Source: Dictyostelium discoideum
Lineage: Eukaryota
DNA: 64,000 nt
Direction of reading: 5' to 3'
Assembly: GCA_000004695.1 (NCBI GenBank)
Contig: CM000151.3
Span: forward strand, 3,392,001-3,456,000
In this document: in pieces, positions 26,101 to 38,490 of the stretch
Position numbering within the stretch: position 1 is the stretch's first letter
Layout: every line of letters starts with the position of its first letter
Notes under the pieces: model-generated
What the model saw: the letters and a program-made list of their open reading frames with translations, nothing else
Told to the model about the DNA's origin: nothing
Databases searched by the model: none
Translations under genes and position numbers: made by a program

Positions 26101-26257
26101 GATTGAAGTATTCCTTAAACGTTTAAAACAATCCATTTTTGAACGTGAAGTTAATCAATTAGGTGGTAAATTATCTGACGTCATTTTAAACCAAATCGAT
26201 AAAAAATCAACTCTCATTGATTTATTATTGAAAAAATTACAAGATTTAACAAAATAA
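18837..26257 (+). CDS. Large protein of about 2300 aa, a Nup205/Nup192-family nucleoporin candidate with poly-Q/poly-N insertions; 6 exons.
   Basis: Exons 18837..19157, 19250..19348, 19456..19701, 19778..20077, 20160..20391 and 20505..26257. All donors are GTATGT/GTAAAT/GTAAGT, acceptors are (T)n-AG, and the reading frame is maintained. N-terminal IAIAFQISDRFNIDEYLACRILYSVVDH resembles the human NUP205 N-terminus EAFILSDLFDIGELAAVELLLAGEHQQ. Gene structure confidence is higher than identity confidence. Confidence 0.55.
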
Positions 26258-27301
26258 TAAATTATAAATTTAAAATAAAATAATAAATAAAAATTTTAAA
26301 ATAGTATTAAATAAAAAAAAAAAAAAAACACTGTTTGTTTTGATATATAAATAAATAATGTATCATTTTAGACAATTTTTTGATAATTAATTAAATAATG
26401 AAAAAAATTGGAAGAACAGAGATAAATAAATTCCAAATACTAAATATAAAAATATTAAAATAATTTTTTGGGGAAAAAAAATAATGATAATAATAATAAA
26501 ATTAAACAATTATAAAACAATTGTTTTAAATTTTTTTATATTTTTGTTTTATTTAATAGATTGTGAAATATAAACATTGTAATGATTTGAACAATAAATT
26601 TTGCATCTTATAAGTTAGTACAATCCTTTGAATAATATGGGTCACAATCTTAAAACATTTGTTGGTTGGCTACAACAGTGTTTATTGTTTTCTTAATGTA
26701 TTTGTTATTGACTTTAAAATAATTTGTGAGGTTGATGTTGTAATGATGGTGTATATGTTGGAAATTGGTTTACTATATCATTTGTTTTCTGTCGTGGTTG
26801 ATTTGCATTTATTTCAAGATTTTGAGTAATATCTATATTTAAATCATTTCCATACCTGCTTCTGGATTATCATTACCATTACTAGTTGTTGACATATTGA
26901 ATTACTAATTTTATGAATAAAATTATAGATACTTGATAATATGATTTTAAAATAATAAAAATAAAAATAAAAAAAAAAAAAAACAAAATAATTAAAAATA
27001 AAAAATAAATAAATAAAAAAATCTCGTTCATTTTGGTTTTAATTTTTTCATAATCATAAAATATATATTCACATTTTCTCATACCAAAAACTTTTAAACT
27101 AATACAAAGATTAAATGTTTTCTTTATATTTTTTGAATACATTTTAAACAATTTAATAAAATTAAAAAATTGTTATGTTTTTTTGGTTTTTTTTTATTAA
27201 TGTTTATTTGTTTTATTTTTTAAACAAACTTTGTTATCAGACATTAAGTCCATTTTTTTAAACAAAACCTTGTGACCAGCCCATTTTTTTCATAATTTTA
27301 A

Positions 27302-27526
27302 TTATCTGGCATTTTCATAAGCTTCTGCGCATTCTATTGCACATTTTTTTAATAAATCTCTACATGATGGGAAACTCCAGTTTGCACATTCATATGAATA
27401 ATTTGGTGCATTTTTAACACAACCTATGGCACACTGGGCTTCATTTTGATAATCTCCTATATCTATTGCATTTACATTTGAAAACAATGAGATCACCACT
27501 AAAATTGCTATTAAAATTTTTAACAT
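27302..27526 (-). CDS. Small secreted cysteine-rich protein (74 aa, 8 Cys), hypothetical.
   Basis: Signal peptide MLKILIAILVVISLFSNVNA followed by a CxxxC...C...C..C...C pattern. Dictyostelium codon usage and a single exon. Confidence 0.45.
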   Translation of the reverse strand: MLKILIAILVVISLFSNVNAIDIGDYQNEAQCAIGCVKNAPNYSYECANWSFPSCRDLLKKCAIECAEAYENAR

Positions 27527-28010
27527 GATTTTTTTTATTTTTTTTATTTTTTATCTTTTTTTTTAAAAAACTATTAATATATATATTTAAAGTTTATGAT
27601 ATATTTATTTTTTACCTTTTTAAAATATATTTGTATTTTATAATAAAATAAAAAAAAAAAAAATAGTATCCTTTTTTATATAAAATAAAAAAATTAATTT
27701 AAATTTCCATTTTTAGAATATATTAATTAAAATTGATTTTAATTAAAGTATATTAATTAAAATTGAATTTAAAATATTAAATTTGGGAGATTCGGTTATT
27801 AATGTAAAGTTATTCCCGAAAAATTATTATATTCAGTCTATTCTATCACCACTTTATATATTAAATTCATTTAAATTAAAATGTTTTTTTTTTTTAAAAA
27901 TAACAAATTAATTGTAAATAAAAATAATTTACTTATATTTGTACAAAAATCAAAAGAAATTTCAAAATTCAGAAAAAATAAAATAAAAAGTTATTTGTTT
28001 ATTTTATTTA

Positions 28011-28135
<125 letters not shown>

Positions 28136-28302
28136 TATATAAAATTAAAAAAATTATAAAAAATAATAAAAAAAAAAAAAATTTAAATTGTAATTTTAAT
28201 TAATATTTAATATATGTTTAGTCAATGCATTAAAATGTTGGTGTGCGTAAGGCAACGTAAAATTAAATTTAGTTAATTTAAATCCCACACACCACATTAT
28301 TT

Positions 28303-28342
<40 letters not shown>

Positions 28343-28829
28343 ATTTTCACCCACACAAAACAAGAATTGATTGGAAATTAGAAATCTAAATAATTTTAAA
28401 ATAAATTCCTATTATTTAATAAAATATAAAAAAAATAAAAAAAAATTAAATCACAAATACAACAAAAAAAAAAAAATTAAAATTGTAAAATTAACCAAAG
28501 GTTAAATTAAATTTAGGTCTGTTTTACATTCGACTCACTTGCATATTAATTTTATTTTTTTTTTTTTTTTAAAAATTGTAATTTTATTTTATTTTCACCA
28601 TATATAAACAATTTGTTTTTTTGGATTTGGTTGGCAAAAACTTAAGGGGACTTTTATTTTTATTTTATAATCTGCATATAAAATAAAAATAAAAGTTAAA
28701 AAGTAATTATGTGCTAGTTGGTTGCCTCTTTTTTTTTTTAACACTTTAGTGCTGAAATTTTCAATGAGGTTTGATAAGAAATCCTTTAGAGAAATATTTT
28801 TGAAATTCCTAAATAAAAATTTGCTTGAT

Positions 28830-29275
28830 GATTCAAACTTTATTAAATTACAAATTGATGATCATTCAGTTTACAGTAGATTTTTAAAAAGAGGGCCATC
28901 GTTGATGATCTTGTAGTTAGTGTTGATAATATTTTACTTGATGATTCAATGAATACAATTGATTCAATGAATACAATTGAATCAAATACACATGCTCAAC
29001 AATCCTATATTGGTATAATAATTCCACATTATAGTGAATCTGTATCGATTGATCCTGATTTTCACTTTTAATCGACCAAAATGCGGCATCACAATCAAGT
29101 GAAAATTCAATATGTTCAAAGAAATCTGGTTTAACAAAAGGTCAAATCGCTGGTATTACAATTGGTTCTGTTTGCTTTGCAACTGTAATTGTTGTTAGTA
29201 TTGTTTACTCTGTTCACAAAACAAAGAAAAACAAAAAATGCAAGGAAATTAGAAGCCTTTAGTAAATAAAAAAAA
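28830..29275 (+). pseudogene. Degenerate partial copy (about 430 bp, about 93% identity) of the 3' end (TM plus cytoplasmic tail) of the EGF/TM surface-protein gene at 34132..34565.
   Basis: Alignable to 34132-34575 with frameshifts, an 18-bp internal duplication (gattcaatgaatacaatt x2), a roughly 13-bp deletion, and no upstream exons. Same orientation, 5.3 kb upstream of the parent. Confidence 0.8.
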
Positions 29276-29346
29276 AAATAAGAAAAAATTAAAAAATATC
29301 AGGAAAATTGGATACAGGACGCGTTTTTTAAAAATATCTTTCGTTT

Positions 29347-29379
<33 letters not shown>

Positions 29380-29743
29380 TTACAATTTTTCCAAATAACT
29401 GATTCTTTTAAAACAAAAAAAAAAAAAAAAAAATAAAAAAAAATAAAATTAAATAAATAAAAAAAAAAAATGCAATCTAATTAATTAATCTAGATAAAGC
29501 AACGAATTTTGTGTGAAAGAAATTAATAAAATAAAAGAAATAGTAAAGATTTTCAATTTGAAAAAATATCTTTAGCTGGGTTTTTTCGAGCTCGAAAAAA
29601 TATCTTTTATTTACTTCTTTTTTTTTTTTCAACTTCTTTCCTACGAAAAAAAAAAAAAAAAAAAAAAAATTATCATTAAATAGAAAATAAATAGAAAAAT
29701 AAATAAATAGAAAAATAAATATAAAATAAATTATTTTTAAAAA

Positions 29744-31395
29744 ATGAAATTTTTTTATTTATTTTTTTATATATTATTAATAAATTTTGGATTTATTAAA
29801 TCGCAATTTATATTAACAGATATTACTCCAAATAATCTATTAATAAGTTACCCTCAATATTTGACACAAAGCGTTTGTGGTGTTTATCATTATATTTTAG
29901 TAAATAATTCTACTCAACAATCCAATATAGATAATTTATTTCCAGCTAGTTTTTTTTTAACTTCAACCAGTGATTTTAGTCTTTATAGCCATTTTGAGTA
30001 TTTAAACATTGGGGAAACAAAAAATATTATTTTTACAGTTAATGATGGTAATCAAAACAATGGATATTTAAATGTTAGTTATATTTGCAAAGGTAATTAT
30101 TTTATTTTTTTTCATTTATTTTTATTTTTTTTTTTCATTTATTTTATTTTATTTTTTAAACAAATAATTTTTTTTATTATTATTTATTTTTTATTTTTTT
30201 TTAATTAAATTTTTATCCTTTTTTTTTTATTTTTTTTTATTAATATCTTTTTTAAATTCTACATTTCAAAATAAAATTTAAATAGAGGTTGAAGTATCAT
30301 TAGTAACAATAGATATTATTCAAGAGGTTACTTGGAATGATGTTTATAAATATTCATCAATTGTAAGATTAAATGGAGTACCAGATGAAAGTACAATGCC
30401 TGAGAGTGATTTTGCGACATTAAATAGAATGGGAAACTCTCAATACCGAATTTTATATAGTGAAAATTATTATTTAAAAATTGCACCAAATTCAAATATA
30501 TGGGATATTGATTTAAAATTTACAAGTAATCAAGTTTTAAAAGTTTCAGTACCATTTAATCTTTTAGGTAAGTTTAATATAAATCAATATATATATTAAA
30601 AAAATAAAAAAAATAATAATAATATTAATATTAACAATCAAATTTTTTTATTATAAAAGATCCAATTATTTCAATAACTGATATTCAAGAATACAAGTGG
30701 AGAGACCTTCGATACAATGCTTTGTATGGTACTGGAATTGAATTCACATCAAATTCATCAATTCAAAGACCAGTTTATTCTTTTGAAAGTAGTCCGTTCT
30801 ACTTTACTCCTAAACCAATATCTGGTGTAAAAGGTAAGGTTAAATATTTCGTTAACCCAATGCCACTTTTGTTTGGAGAACAAAATTTTAATTTTTATTC
30901 CCAAAAGGAGGATAACTCATTCAAGAATGATTTCAATTCAACATTTAATTTCCAAAGTAAGTTTTTTAATATTTTTAAATTTTAAATTTTAATATTCTTA
31001 TGATTTTAAACTAATAAACCATACAAACTATCTATTAGTAACAACTTCAAATCCATTGGGTACACCAACCGTTAGCCTTGATAATACCACAACATCAAAT
31101 TTTATAACTGTAAAGTTTAATGGTTTTTCCAGATATGATTTTAAAACTTTGACTTGTAATTTCAAACAAATATTTGATTCTGGTTTTATTTATGATTTCC
31201 CATTTGGATTTATTAATGGTAACAATGATAATAATCAAATGAGTATTTCCACTCCTATTTCACCTAAATCATTTCAACAAAGTTTTTCTTGGAACTGTGG
31301 TTCATCATTTGTTGAAGTAAATAAAGATTTTTATAAAATTGGTATGATATAATTAATACTTTTGTTTCTTTTTTATTAAAAATTAACTAACAGAG

Positions 31396-31431
<36 letters not shown>

Positions 31432-31864
31432 TAATTAGTCAATGGAAGTCTAGGAAAGATTACATCTGTTGAAAGGATTAATATTTTCCAATTTTCATTT
31501 TTAGTCATTTTTAAAGCTCAAGATGATGTAGGTGTTAAATATATCGATCATATTATAGATGGTGTTTATTTAAGATTTGGATCTCAAAATTTAGTATCAG
31601 GTAATAATTTAAATGGTGCTTGGGAATATGTGCATGATGGAGTAAACTTGGGAATTGATACCCAAAATGCAGTTTCACTTATTAATGAATTGGATTTAAA
31701 AACAACTTATACCCCATTATATCCATTTTCAATTACCAATCCTGATCAAATTATGATTTTACCTGGAATTCAATTAAATAGTAAGTTATAAATATATTAA
31801 TATATACTATTAAGATGTAAATTTAAAAAGAAATGGTTTAAAATATTAATTTTTAAATTTTATT

Positions 31865-31899
<35 letters not shown>

Positions 31900-34565
31900 T
31901 AAAAATAGATACAGTAAATTATTATAAAGATTTAAAAAATATTTCATTCTTATTTAATAATGTCCATGTTACAAATCAAAGTGTAGATAATATAATGTAT
32001 TTTACATTTGATAATATTGAAAATTATAAAAATTTAGCAATTGGTTTTTCATTATCTGAACCAAAAACATTAAAAGATAATAATGCACAAACAGATTATT
32101 CCTTAAAGTACAGCCCTAATTATAAATTTGCAAAATGGGATGAATCAAATAGTAGATTTAGTGTAATGTTTAAAATGCCAGCAAATATAGTACCAGGTGT
32201 GTTGGATTGGACTTTAACATTTGCCAAATATAATACACTCATAAACACAGCATTACCAGATAAATATCAATTAAATATAATTTCAGAGAATATTGATATT
32301 GTAGGTCCAATAGTTACAAAAATAGTTAAAAAATCGCAATCAGATTTTGGAACATCAAATGTTGGTTGGTTATTAACAATTGAAGATGAAATTAATGGAT
32401 TTTTAAATGGTTTTGTAACTGTTAAAGGTAGTTTAGATTCGTCAGTATATAATTTTTCAATTTCACCTTCAACAGCTGTTAGAGGAAGTGGAGATAAATG
32501 GAAAGCAGATTATTTAATTTCAATACCATTACAAGATAATTTAAATAACTATGGTTGTATTGCTCAAGATTATATTATAGTCAATGCTTATCTTGGCGAT
32601 ACATTTGGTAATGTAAATAATTATATGGCTGTGCTTGATAATGAAAGAGTTCTAAGTCCTCTTAGCATTGTTTCAGTTGTCAATCCATTTTACCTTTTAC
32701 CATATGAATCATTGACACTTTCAGTAGATAGCACAAATTGTAGCACAGCATTAGATACATCTCCACCAACTTTAATTAGTTTTACAGCATCAAAAACAAA
32801 TATTGATGTTGGTTCTCAAGATAGATCAATTACTTTTAATTTCAAAGCACAAGATTTAGATAGTGGTTTAAAGAATAACCAATTTCCAGCTATTTATTTA
32901 ATTGATGAAAATTTAGGTTCAGTAGAATGCATTTCAAAAATTGAATCAAGAACATCAACAGATGCAGAATATTCATGTACAGTTGAAATACCAGTTGGCT
33001 TTGGTTATCCACTCGGATTTACAGTTTCAGTTTATGGTTTCATTAATAATGGTGGCTATTATTCAGGCTATTCAAGTGATTTACTTAAATCTATGGGTTC
33101 AACTGCATGGTTTATTACAACTGATCAATTTTCAATGGATATTCCAATTATAAAATCTTCAACAGGTATAACAAATCAAGGAGGTGATATATTGTTACAG
33201 GGTAGAGGTTTCTCTTCAATAGATACTGTTAATATTGTTTACTATGATTCCCAATTAGTATCTCAACCAATTACAGGTAATAGATACAATAGTGCCTTAG
33301 TAATTACAGGTATCAAACCAACAAATCAATCATTCACAGTTCAACTTTTAAATTCATTACAACCAGTCAAAAAATCAAACATTATTACAATTACACCAGA
33401 ACTATACTTTTTCAACTACACTGACCCAGTTCCAACTCAACCTCCAACTAAACCTCCAACTCAACCTCCAACAAAATCACCAATTCCAACAAATCCACCT
33501 CAAAAATGTTTAGGTAACCCAGAATGTGGTGGAGAAAATCAAGGTGTTTGTACAAAGAATGGTTGTGTTTGTATAACTCCATATTATGGTAAAGATTGTA
33601 GTTCAAAACTCTTAGAAGTTATACCACCAATAATTAATGGAAGTAATCCATCAATAGAAATTCCAATTCCAGGTGATAATGGTGGTGGTTCTTCTACGAC
33701 CACTGGCGGTAATCCAAACTTACCACCACAAATTATTTACAAATCATTAATTTCAATTGTTTCATTAAGAGAATTAGATTTCAATGGTAATCCAATCAAA
33801 ACCATTCCATTAAATACATGGTCATTTAAAGAAATAAACTCAAATACTAGTAGATACGATACAACAATTTCAATTGAAGGTAAAGATGAAAAAGTTAATG
33901 TTACAACAACAATGCAATGGTTTTCAAAAACTTCAAGCGTTACATTCGCAGGTCAACAATTAACAATGAATCCATCATCAATTAAATTCAATGTTGATAT
34001 TACAAATTACCCATTCTCATCAGCATTAAATCAACTCCAATTGGTAATGTCTGCAACATTACTTTCCACAGGTGATAATAGCAATGATGATGTATGTTCC
34101 TCAAAATCATTTGGTGATACCACAAATGGTGACGATTCAAACTTTATTAAATTACAAATTGATGATCATTCCGTTTACGGTAGATTTTTAAAAAGAGCTA
34201 TCGTTGATGATCTTGTAGTTAGCGTTGACAATGTTTTACTTGATGATTCAATGAATACAATTGAATCAAATACACATGCTCAACAATCCTATATTGGTAT
34301 AATAATTCCACATTATAGTGAATCTGTATCGATTGATCCTGATTTTTCACTTTTAATCGACCAAAATGCGGCATCACAATCAAGTGAAAATTCAATATGT
34401 TCAAAGAAATCTGGTTTAACAAAAGGTCAAATCGCTGGTATTGCTATTGGTGCTGCAGGTTTTGCAACTGTAATTGTTGTTAGTATTGTTTACTCTGTTC
34501 ACAAAACAAAGAAAAACAAAAAATTTGCTGTTTCAATGTCAAAGAAATTAGGAGCTTTAAATTAG
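29744..34565 (+). CDS. Type I transmembrane surface glycoprotein of about 1400 aa with a signal peptide, a Pro/Thr-rich stalk, an EGF-like Cys module, a single C-terminal TM and a short basic tail; 6 exons.
   Basis: Exons 29744..30092, 30286..30567, 30660..30956, 31039..31341, 31439..31780 and 31909..34565; every intron is phase 1. Signal peptide MKFFYLFFYILLINFGFIKS; stalk PTQPPTKPPTQPPTKSPIPTNPPQ; EGF-like CLGNPECGGENQGVCTKNGCVCITPYYGKDCS; TM GIAIGAAGFATVIVVSIVYSV; tail HKTKKNKK. Possible IPT/Tgr-like relationship is unverified. The first acceptor could alternatively be the next in-frame AG (aatag, about 27 nt downstream). Confidence 0.7.
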
Positions 34566-34824
34566 ATATAAAAATAAATAAAATAAAAAAAACTATCGAT
34601 TATAGGAAAATTTTTCACTATAATCAATCACTAAAACTATTTTTAGATTTTTTTTTTTTTTTTTATTAAATTACCAAAAAAAAAAAGTAAATTATCATAA
34701 ACTTAAAACAAAAAAAAAAAATTTTAACCAATTTCTGGTAAATTAGAATATTTGCATTCAAAATTAAATGAAACAATTTGATTGGTTATCTCGAAAAGGA
34801 ATTGAAAATAAAAATTATTAAAAA

Positions 34825-34867
<43 letters not shown>

Positions 34868-34933
34868 TTTTTTTATTTTAATTTATTTTTTATTTTTTTA
34901 TTTTTTATTTTTTTATTTTTTATTTTTTTTAAA

Positions 34934-35627
34934 ATGATAAAATATTCAAATTTAGTTATACCAAAAACAAAGTCAATCCTTAAAAGTGGTTGCAATAATA
35001 ATATTGGATATGGAGATAGATACTTTTTCAATAAATTATTTGGTAGCAACGATGCAAGTGATACACATAATCAACCAACCACAAAAATAGTTACAAAAGA
35101 AATGACTAAAGAATTAAAGTAATCTATCATTCATCATGAATAATATATATGAATAATATTAGTTATATTAATATGAAATGTTATAACATTTAATAAATAA
35201 TAGGTATCCAGTTAACCAAGTTTATAGTGTTATTATAAAAGTTGAAGATTATAAAGAATTTTTACCATTTTGTTTAAATTCAACAATATTGAAAAGAGAA
35301 AAAGATAAAAATCATTTTGAAGCTGAATTAGAAGTTGGACAAGGTACGATTAAAGAAAGTTATGTTAGTAAAGTTGTATATAAAGAGAACAAATTCATTG
35401 AATCCACTGCAACTGATACACCACTATTTCATAAATTAATTAATACTTGGAGTTTTAAACAAGGTCAAACTCCAAATACCACCATTGCTCATTGTAAATT
35501 AATATATCAATTCAAATCACCATTCTATGCAACTTTAATGGAAAATTTCTTTGCCTCTTCTTTAGATGTAATGATTAATTCTTTCGATAAACGTTGTGAT
35601 GAATTATATGGTAGTTCAAATTCTTTC

Positions 35628-35636
<9 letters not shown>
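34934..35636 (+). CDS. Coenzyme Q-binding protein COQ10-like (SRPBCC/START fold), 2 exons, mitochondrial.
   Basis: Exons 34934..35118 and 35204..35636, with GTAATC donor and AATAG acceptor, phase 2. The domain YPVNQVYSVIIKVEDYKEFLPFCLNS...INTWSFKQ matches the COQ10 family. Basic N-terminal presequence. Confidence 0.65.
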
Positions 35637-35658
<22 letters not shown>

Positions 35659-35960
35659 TAAAAAATAACACACCCTTTTTTTTTTAAAAAAATTTTATTT
35701 ATTTTATTTTATTTTATTTTTTTTAGCGAATTCTATTTTTAAGTTCGTGAACCCCATTTTTTTCTTTTTTTTTTTTTTTTTTTTTTTTTGCAGTTCGTTC
35801 GGGTATCAATAAATTTTCATTTTTTTTTAATTTTTATTTTTTACTTTTTTTTTTTATTTTTTTTTTTTTGTTAATTTTTTTTGGTGTCGAATTTTTTTTT
35901 TTTTTTTTTTTTCATTTTTTTTTTTTTTTCTTTTTGTTACCATAACCTAATAAGATTAAA

Positions 35961-36694
35961 ATGTCCACAAATAAAGTAAACAAAGAAAGAACTTTCCTTG
36001 CTGTTAAAGTAAGTTTTTTATTTTATTTTTACATTTTATTTTATTTTTTTTTTTTTTAGCACATATTTATTTTAATTTACTAATAAAATTTTATTTTTAT
36101 TTTTATTTTTATTTTTATTTTTTTTTTTTTATTTTTATTTTATTAATTCATAGCCAGACGGTGTTGCTCGTGGTTTAGTTGGTGAAATCATCGCCAGATA
36201 CGAAAAGAAAGGTTTCGTTTTAGTTGGTTTAAAACAATTAGTTCCAACCAAAGACTTAGCTGAATCTCACTATGCTGAACACAAAGAAAGACCATTCTTC
36301 GGTGGTTTAGTCTCATTCATTACCTCTGGTCCAGTCGTTGCTATGGTCTTCGAAGGTAAAGGTGTTGTTGCCTCTGCCCGTTTAATGATCGGTGTTACCA
36401 ACCCATTAGCCTCAGCCCCAGGTTCAATTCGGTAATTATCAATTTATTTTTATTTTATTTATATTATTATTATTATTGTTGTGCACAATTTTACTAACTT
36501 GTAATACCTTTTTTTAAAAAAAATAAAAAAAATAACAATAACAAAAATAAAGTGGTGATTTCGGTGTTGATGTTGGTAGAAACATCATCCACGGTTCTGA
36601 TTCAGTTGAATCTGCCAACAGAGAAATTGCTTTATGGTTCAAACCAGAAGAATTATTAACTGAAGTTAAACCAAACCCAAATTTATACGAATAA
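35961..36694 (+). CDS. ndkC: Nucleoside diphosphate kinase, cytosolic (155 aa), 3 exons.
   Basis: Exons 35961..36008, 36154..36431 and 36553..36694. The spliced product [45 protein letters not shown]...[37 protein letters not shown] matches the well-studied Dictyostelium NDP kinase, including the active-site His in NIIHGSD. The ORF track misses it because the exons are short. Confidence 0.92.
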
Positions 36695-36942
36695 ATAATT
36701 TAGCTAAATTCTAAATCATTTAATGTAAAAAAAAAAAAAAAAAAAAAAAAATTCCGATTTATTATTTTGAGTGTGCGATCAATAATTATTTTTATACTAA
36801 ACATTTAATTAACATATCTTTTTTTTTCAAAAAAAAAAAAAAAAAAAAAATGAAACATCAAACAAATACTTTATTTTAATTTATCCTTTTTTATTTTTAT
36901 TTTTTTTTATTTTTATTTTTATTTTTTTTTTTATTATTATTT

Positions 36943-37210
36943 TTAATAATATGGATATAAACTATCATAAAGGACACGGTCATTAAAATCTTGTTTTGAT
37001 TCATATTTATCTCTTACTATAAAAGTACTATTTGTATTTGGTGAATAATTATTATTCATTTTATTTGTAGTATTTATTTTATCGATTGAGTTGGAAAATG
37101 AACTGATTGATTTTAAGTTATCTATTAAAAAAAAAAAAAAAAAAAATAATTAGAAATTGACTCGAAAGATATATATTAATATATAATGTATACTTACTAA
37201 AAAGAGACAT
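36943..37210 (-). CDS. Possible small two-exon gene of 63 aa, hypothetical.
   Basis: Minus strand reads ATGTCTCTTTTTA | GTAAGT...(T)22AATAG | ATAAC... Joining the 13-nt exon 1 (37210..37198) to 37121..36943 gives an open frame to a TAA. The 77-nt intron has a textbook donor, T-tract and acceptor. Confidence 0.3.
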
Positions 37211-38457
37211 TTTTTTTTTTTTTTTTTTTTTTGATTTATTTTAAAAGATAACTATTATTTATATATATAAATTTTTTTTTTTTTTTTTCTAAAAAAAATA
37301 CTTAGATTGATTTATAAGATTGAACTTATTGTTTAAATAATTGGAAAAAAAAAAAAAAAAAATCCCTTTAAAAAGGTAAAAAAAAAGTTGTAGATTTTAA
37401 AAAAAAAAAAAAAAAAAAAAATACTAATAATTTTAACTGATGCTCTTTTTAGAAAAGTTATTTATATTTTTGATTTTATAAAAAGAAGTTGTAGTTTTAC
37501 TCCACTAAGAAAATTCACATGTGGAAACTTTTTTTTTTTTTTTTTTTTTTTACTTGTAACATTTTTTAAACTTGGAGTAACCCCCTACTTTACTTGGCAA
37601 TACAAAAAAAAATACAAACACAAAAAAAAAAATAATAATTAAAACAAAAATGTGTAGAGATTGATATTTTTATCATAAAAATGAAAAATAAATATAAAAA
37701 TAAATAAATTCATATACAAAAAAACCACTTAACGGTTAATGGAATAAAAAATTATTAATATTTCTGATTTATTATTTAAGTTATAAATATTTTTAAGTAG
37801 TTTTTTTTTTTTTTTTTTTTTTTTTGTAGCTAAAAGAGTCAAAGAATAACATAGTTGTGTGTGTGTTTGTGTATTGATTTAATTTTATTATTATTATTTT
37901 TTTTATTTTTAATTTTTATCCACCACCACCACACTTATTACTATTGTATTTTCCTTTATTTTTTTAAATATAGAAAAAAAAAAAAAAATTATTAGTATTA
38001 TTTTTTAAACACACAAAAAAAATAACCCACTACTCACATTAACAAAAATAGTTAAATTAACACCTACACAGTCTCAAACTTTACCACTTTTGAATTTTAA
38101 ATAGATTTACTGTCATTTTCACTGTATCAAGATATATCATCAAATAAAAACAAATAAATATAAATTAATTTATTATTTCAGGGTAACCTTTGTATAATTA
38201 TCTTCGTTTACAAAATCCGTTTTTGTATAAAAAAAGAAAATCCAAGTAATTGCCAGTTTTGATATTTGTATTCAAACACACCCTGTATACAAACCGATTT
38301 TTTATTTTTTTAAAATTAAACAGACAAATTAATGAATATTTTTATTAAATAAAATAAAAATAAATAAATAGTTAAAGAAGAAAAAAAAAATTAAAAAAAA
38401 TTCCTTTAAAAAAATTTAACTTTCAATAATTTATTTAAAATAACTTTTCTTTATTAT

Positions 38458-38490
<33 letters not shown>

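Noticed and set aside
28722-28916. 64-aa ORF spanning the pseudogene junction
   Set aside because: The first half has no coding codon bias or motif, and the second half is the frameshifted duplicate. It is more likely a by-product of the duplication than a gene, though transcription cannot be excluded.
34778-34933. Upstream extension of the COQ10 ORF beginning MIGYLEKELKIKIIKNKFFFFFF
   Set aside because: It runs through a T24 homopolymer and (TTTTTA)n repeats with no coding character. The ATG at 34934, followed by a basic presequence, is the plausible start.
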